Source: an archaeon
GTDB lineage: Archaea > Asgardarchaeota > Thorarchaeia > Thorarchaeales > Thorarchaeaceae
Direction: 5' to 3'
Length of the DNA stretch: 32,000 nucleotides
Assembly (NCBI GenBank): GCA_024275415.1
Contig: JAJRZD010000114.1
Location: forward strand, 33,543-65,542
The notes below the pieces were generated by a model. That model worked only from the letters and a program-made list of their open reading frames with translations, did not search any database and was not told where the DNA came from. The translations under genes were made by a program, and so were the position numbers. Below, piece after piece: positions 28,500 to 32,000 of this stretch (position 1 is its first letter; every line of letters starts with the position of its first letter).

Positions 28500-31214
28500 T
28501 CACGAACGTCGTCGCGTCGATACCACAACAATCACGAGGACTAGTATTACAACTAAAATGATTAACGCTATGATTGTTGTATCCGGAACTTCGGGAGGTG
28601 TTGTGGGAGTTGTTGCTGTTGTAGGAGTCTGACCTACTTCATTCACTGTGACCATTACTGTATCGACAACTGAATTCCCAGAGTCATCGGATACCACTAT
28701 AGTCACGTTATGCATTCCAACGGCGAGACCATCTGCATCGAATGAGATTGCTGGCCCATTCCAGTCTGCGGATTCGACCAGTTCATCATCGACATAGATG
28801 GCATAGGTTCCGTTGGTATGATCTGAAGGAGTCCATGAAATGGTGTTCCCGGTATCACCTACGGTATAACTGATATCTGGCGGATGGTCGATTGTAGGAG
28901 CGACCGTGTCTACCACTTGGAATGATCCTCTAACCTCACGCCAATAGGTAAGAGTATCCTGCAGCAGGATTGTGAAATTGACCTCGCCCAATTGAGAAGC
29001 CGTGAACGAGTACGAGAATATGTCGCCATCATGTGACATGGTATGGTTACCGTCTGGCACTTGTATCAACGCAGTGAACACACCATAAGGATGCGTAGCA
29101 TTGATCGAGATCGTCACAGTGGTTCCTAATTCAGCTGGATCAGCAGAAATCGTAAGATCCTGCCAGTAAGGACCATTCTCGAGCTTCATGTAACGGAACG
29201 GAAGGCTGGACCAATCGCTCCATATCCCGCCTCCATCACAGGTCCGCACATTCAACACATATTCTGTTTGATTTGTCAGGAATATGTTCTTTGCAACGAT
29301 AGAATCCTCCGGATAAATCATTTCAACAGCAAAGTCGTAAGTTGCGTAGCTGCTTGTACCAGTAGTACCGTCACTATGAGTGACATTATAAGCTCGATAC
29401 CCACCATTGTAATTCGCGAATATACAACTGGGGCCATTACCATACCGCGCATCAAAACGCAGGTCAATCAGGAGGTCGGATTTGTTGTTGTAATAGAACA
29501 CATTGTCGATGTCGATGACAATCCAGTCCCCCAGACCATGAATGGTATAGTTTTCCCTTTGCAGTACGAGAGTAGGCGTGACGCCTCCATAGTTATTGGC
29601 GAACACCGTGTCAAGATTGCCAGTGACAGGGGTTTCAGCAAGGTAAAGTGTGAAATTCTCATACTGGACACTCGATGTGAAGCGATACACACCGAATATC
29701 AACTTGTCAATGTACCCTTCTTTGTTGATGAGTGACCGATTGTATTTCCACTGGAATCGTGCTTCATCTTGTTGGAATGGATAAGCATTGTAGGAACTTC
29801 CACTGGCACGTATCTCAGTTGTCGTGTACTCTATTGCCAAGTTCTTATCACGAGTGGCAACTGTCATTGCCGTATCATTGAATGCTGAATTGTAGTTGTA
29901 GGCGACCTTTCCGGTGGCACCAATCGCTCTCGTTGAAAAGAATGCGAAGGTTCCGGTCATGTCTGTGTATCGAATTTCGATGAGCAAATTGGACTTGTTA
30001 CTAGAATAGAACGTGTTATCAATATCAATAGAAATCCTTCCATCGATACTTTCACAGGTATATTCTTCCCTTTGCAGGACGATTGTAGGTCTCTTACCTT
30101 CATAGTTCGAGGTAAAGTTCGTTGTAAGAGCGTTGTTCGGCTTGTTAAGCATTAGAACGGTGAGGTTATAGACTGTGAAAGTTTCTCCCTCCGCCATATC
30201 CGTATCGAAGTATATCTTATCGACATATCCGCTTCTTGACAGGTATGTTTCTGGCCATGTGAATTGAATCCTCATCGATTTTCCCCTCCAGAACGGAAAT
30301 GCATAAGGCTCAGTGCCTATATCAAAGATATATTGAAAGTCGGTGTTGTTCTTCTCGTACAACAAATCTCCAGTGGGAGTTTCCAATTTGACCTCATAGT
30401 TTTGTTGGTAATCGGATGGATCATCGAATTGCCATCCAAATGCAGGTGTGCTATTTTGGATATAGTCAATCTCTGGAGATGCACCTTCACCATCCACGGT
30501 CAGTTGTGTTGTTGTTGGCGGGGTATAGTAAAGAGCAATATAAGATGCATTGAAAGTGCTTACCTCGTGTTCCGTGAAGTACTTGCATGTCGCAGAGGTT
30601 TCAGTTTCATCCTGCTGCTTGAGGACTAATGATAGAACCCCGTCACCAGCAAGCGTCGAGTTGACAGCAGTAGTGACATCCCATGAGTACCAAGTGTGGT
30701 TGACAAACATGTCAGGGCTAGCTGGTCTGTCTATCGAATCTAGTGACACCGCATCAAAAGAAGGTTGGTTGTCCCATGTGATTGCCGACTCATTCCAAGA
30801 GTCATTGGAACTAAAGTGGACATCTATAGGACTATCTGCAGGCCCAACTGAGTTGTTCAGGTAAACAAATAGTTTGGCGCTTGTGAATTGAAAGTCCTTG
30901 GAAATGTGTGAAATATCGTATTTCAACCAACTTCGATATGTTGTCCATATGGGTATACTATACCGACCAACATAGAGACCACCTCTGTAGACGGTACCAT
31001 CACTATTGGAAGTGGGTTTAAACGAGTTGACCATTTCCTCTTCCAGTACTGGAACGACCATCGTTCGTGTAGGCACTGCAGATGTAGTAAATTGTGTCTC
31101 CTTTAAGGTGGTGGCTTCGTCTTTTCCTTGCTTTGGTTCCATCAGGTTGTCCGACGGGAACATCACAATAAAAAGCACAATAAATAACACTGCGATTATA
31201 CGCTTAGAATGCAA
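28500..31214 (-). CDS. Membrane-anchored surface protein: signal peptide, DNRLRE/CBM96-like domain, two tandem beta domains, Ig-like module, Thr-rich linker, C-terminal TM
   Basis: N-terminal hydrophobic segment, RSWLKYD...SAKLFVY...WNESAITWDNQP...WYSWDV, VDTVAPTIDHPPDISY...DDSGN, PTTATTPTTPP, final TM followed by RRRS. TTG start behind GAGGAG. Confidence 0.88.
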   Translation of the reverse strand: MHSKRIIAVLFIVLFIVMFPSDNLMEPKQGKDEATTLKETQFTTSAVPTRTMVVPVLEEEMVNSFKPTSNSDGTVYRGGLYVGRYSIPIWTTYRSWLKYDISHISKDFQFTSAKLFVYLNNSVGPADSPIDVHFSSNDSWNESAITWDNQPSFDAVSLDSIDRPASPDMFVNHTWYSWDVTTAVNSTLAGDGVLSLVLKQQDETETSATCKYFTEHEVSTFNASYIALYYTPPTTTQLTVDGEGASPEIDYIQNSTPAFGWQFDDPSDYQQNYEVKLETPTGDLLYEKNNTDFQYIFDIGTEPYAFPFWRGKSMRIQFTWPETYLSRSGYVDKIYFDTDMAEGETFTVYNLTVLMLNKPNNALTTNFTSNYEGKRPTIVLQREEYTCESIDGRISIDIDNTFYSSNKSNLLIEIRYTDMTGTFAFFSTRAIGATGKVAYNYNSAFNDTAMTVATRDKNLAIEYTTTEIRASGSSYNAYPFQQDEARFQWKYNRSLINKEGYIDKLIFGVYRFTSSVQYENFTLYLAETPVTGNLDTVFANNYGGVTPTLVLQRENYTIHGLGDWIVIDIDNVFYYNNKSDLLIDLRFDARYGNGPSCIFANYNGGYRAYNVTHSDGTTGTSSYATYDFAVEMIYPEDSIVAKNIFLTNQTEYVLNVRTCDGGGIWSDWSSLPFRYMKLENGPYWQDLTISADPAELGTTVTISINATHPYGVFTALIQVPDGNHTMSHDGDIFSYSFTASQLGEVNFTILLQDTLTYWREVRGSFQVVDTVAPTIDHPPDISYTVGDTGNTISWTPSDHTNGTYAIYVDDELVESADWNGPAISFDADGLAVGMHNVTIVVSDDSGNSVVDTVMVTVNEVGQTPTTATTPTTPPEVPDTTIIALIILVVILVLVIVVVSTRRRS

Positions 31215-31666
31215 ACAAATCTCCTCGTCCGCGGACTTTTGCGGTAAAATCTCCGGTCATATGAACGCATTTATCTTTTTCTTTTTGAGGTGGTAGAATT
31301 CTGACATGTAGGTATTCATGATAGTTTCATACAGAAATCTCCAGATGACTATTCACACAGAGTCCCAATTCCCTACGTACTCCTCACAGAGTCACCCCAG
31401 TGCTGTTTTGTAGGATGACAACGCTCTGGTGTCAAAGTTATTTACAACCCACCATAAACGGTAAGATAACCAAGAAGGCAAAACCAATACCTCGGAAGAA
31501 GAAAAAGTAGAACCTGAAGGACAATGGATGCCTTCGTCATTGATCGCATCCGGTTCCTTTGCTTTTTGAAAGTGCAGCAATCAAATCCTTGCTAGAGATT
31601 GCAATGAAAAAAGAGATGAAAGGGGGCAGAAATGCCCACCCTCGAAAACTGACTGGTTCCTACAAT

Positions 31667-32000
31667 ATGAAGAAGAGAGAAAGAACTCCTTCACTAGCTG
31701 ATATCAACTCGGTACCGGCCAACATTGGATACGAGGAGGGGACAGCATCACACCTGTTGAACTGGACCTTCGACGATCTGCTCCCTGACGCTTACGAGCT
31801 GTACATCAATGGCACTCTGGAGGAGAGTGGTTCGTGGGATGGGTCTGAGGTCTCAGTGGACGTCGGTGGGCTGACAGAGGGTGTGTACAACGTCACCATG
31901 CTGGTGAACGACACGTCAGGCAACACAGCTACAGCCATGGTGTACCTCACCGTGACAGGGGCTCCGACAACCGGAACTGACACCAGTACTGAGACTGACA
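31667..32000 (+). CDS. Isolated Ig-like module plus Thr-rich linker; runs off the window (partial or remnant)
   Basis: My translation: ...PANIGYEEGTASHLLNWTFDDLLPDAYELYINGTLEESGSWDGSEVSVDVGGLTEGVYNVTMLVNDTSGNTATAMVYLTVTGAPTTGTDTSTETD. It matches the C-terminal module of 28500..31214. The frame is open from ATG 31604/31667 with no signal peptide. Confidence 0.65.
   Translation, partial: MKKRERTPSLADINSVPANIGYEEGTASHLLNWTFDDLLPDAYELYINGTLEESGSWDGSEVSVDVGGLTEGVYNVTMLVNDTSGNTATAMVYLTVTGAPTTGTDTSTETD

Noticed and set aside
31607-31643. GGGCA-GAAA-TGCCC hairpin with A-tract as a terminator
   Set aside because: Its orientation would terminate a minus-strand transcript, and no credible minus-strand gene ends there.
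167-31983. Numerous short ORFs antisense to or nested within called genes (e.g. 18717..19262, 29268..29735, 31792..31983)
   Set aside because: Shadow ORFs of well-supported genes, with no motifs of their own.

Overview
Archaeal window with no rRNA, tRNA or CRISPR array. It is most likely Asgard/Thorarchaeota, inferred from the cytoplasmic LRR proteins, the C-terminal Ig-like surface modules and the gene repertoire. In order: (1) a 5'-truncated sensor histidine kinase and housekeeping genes (ECF S component, pcp, LysE, TIGR00341, ArsR-type regulator); (2) a signalling cluster at 5.9-11.7 kb with three KaiC/RecA-fold genes (one broken by an in-frame TAG), three stand-alone receiver domains and a TPR protein; (3) an AT-rich gap and two MNT-HEPN toxin-antitoxin pairs in opposite gene order that bracket larB and a geranylgeranyl reductase; (4) convergent LRR and HEAT-repeat genes that share an unnamed domain; (5) an EMC3/TMCO1 gene followed by a low-GC restriction-modification island (HTH-MTase-single TRD fusion plus a convergent PD-(D/E)xK nuclease); (6) DUF362 and surface-protein genes. 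A palindromic motif, GTAMACGTKTAC, recurs in two intergenic regions.
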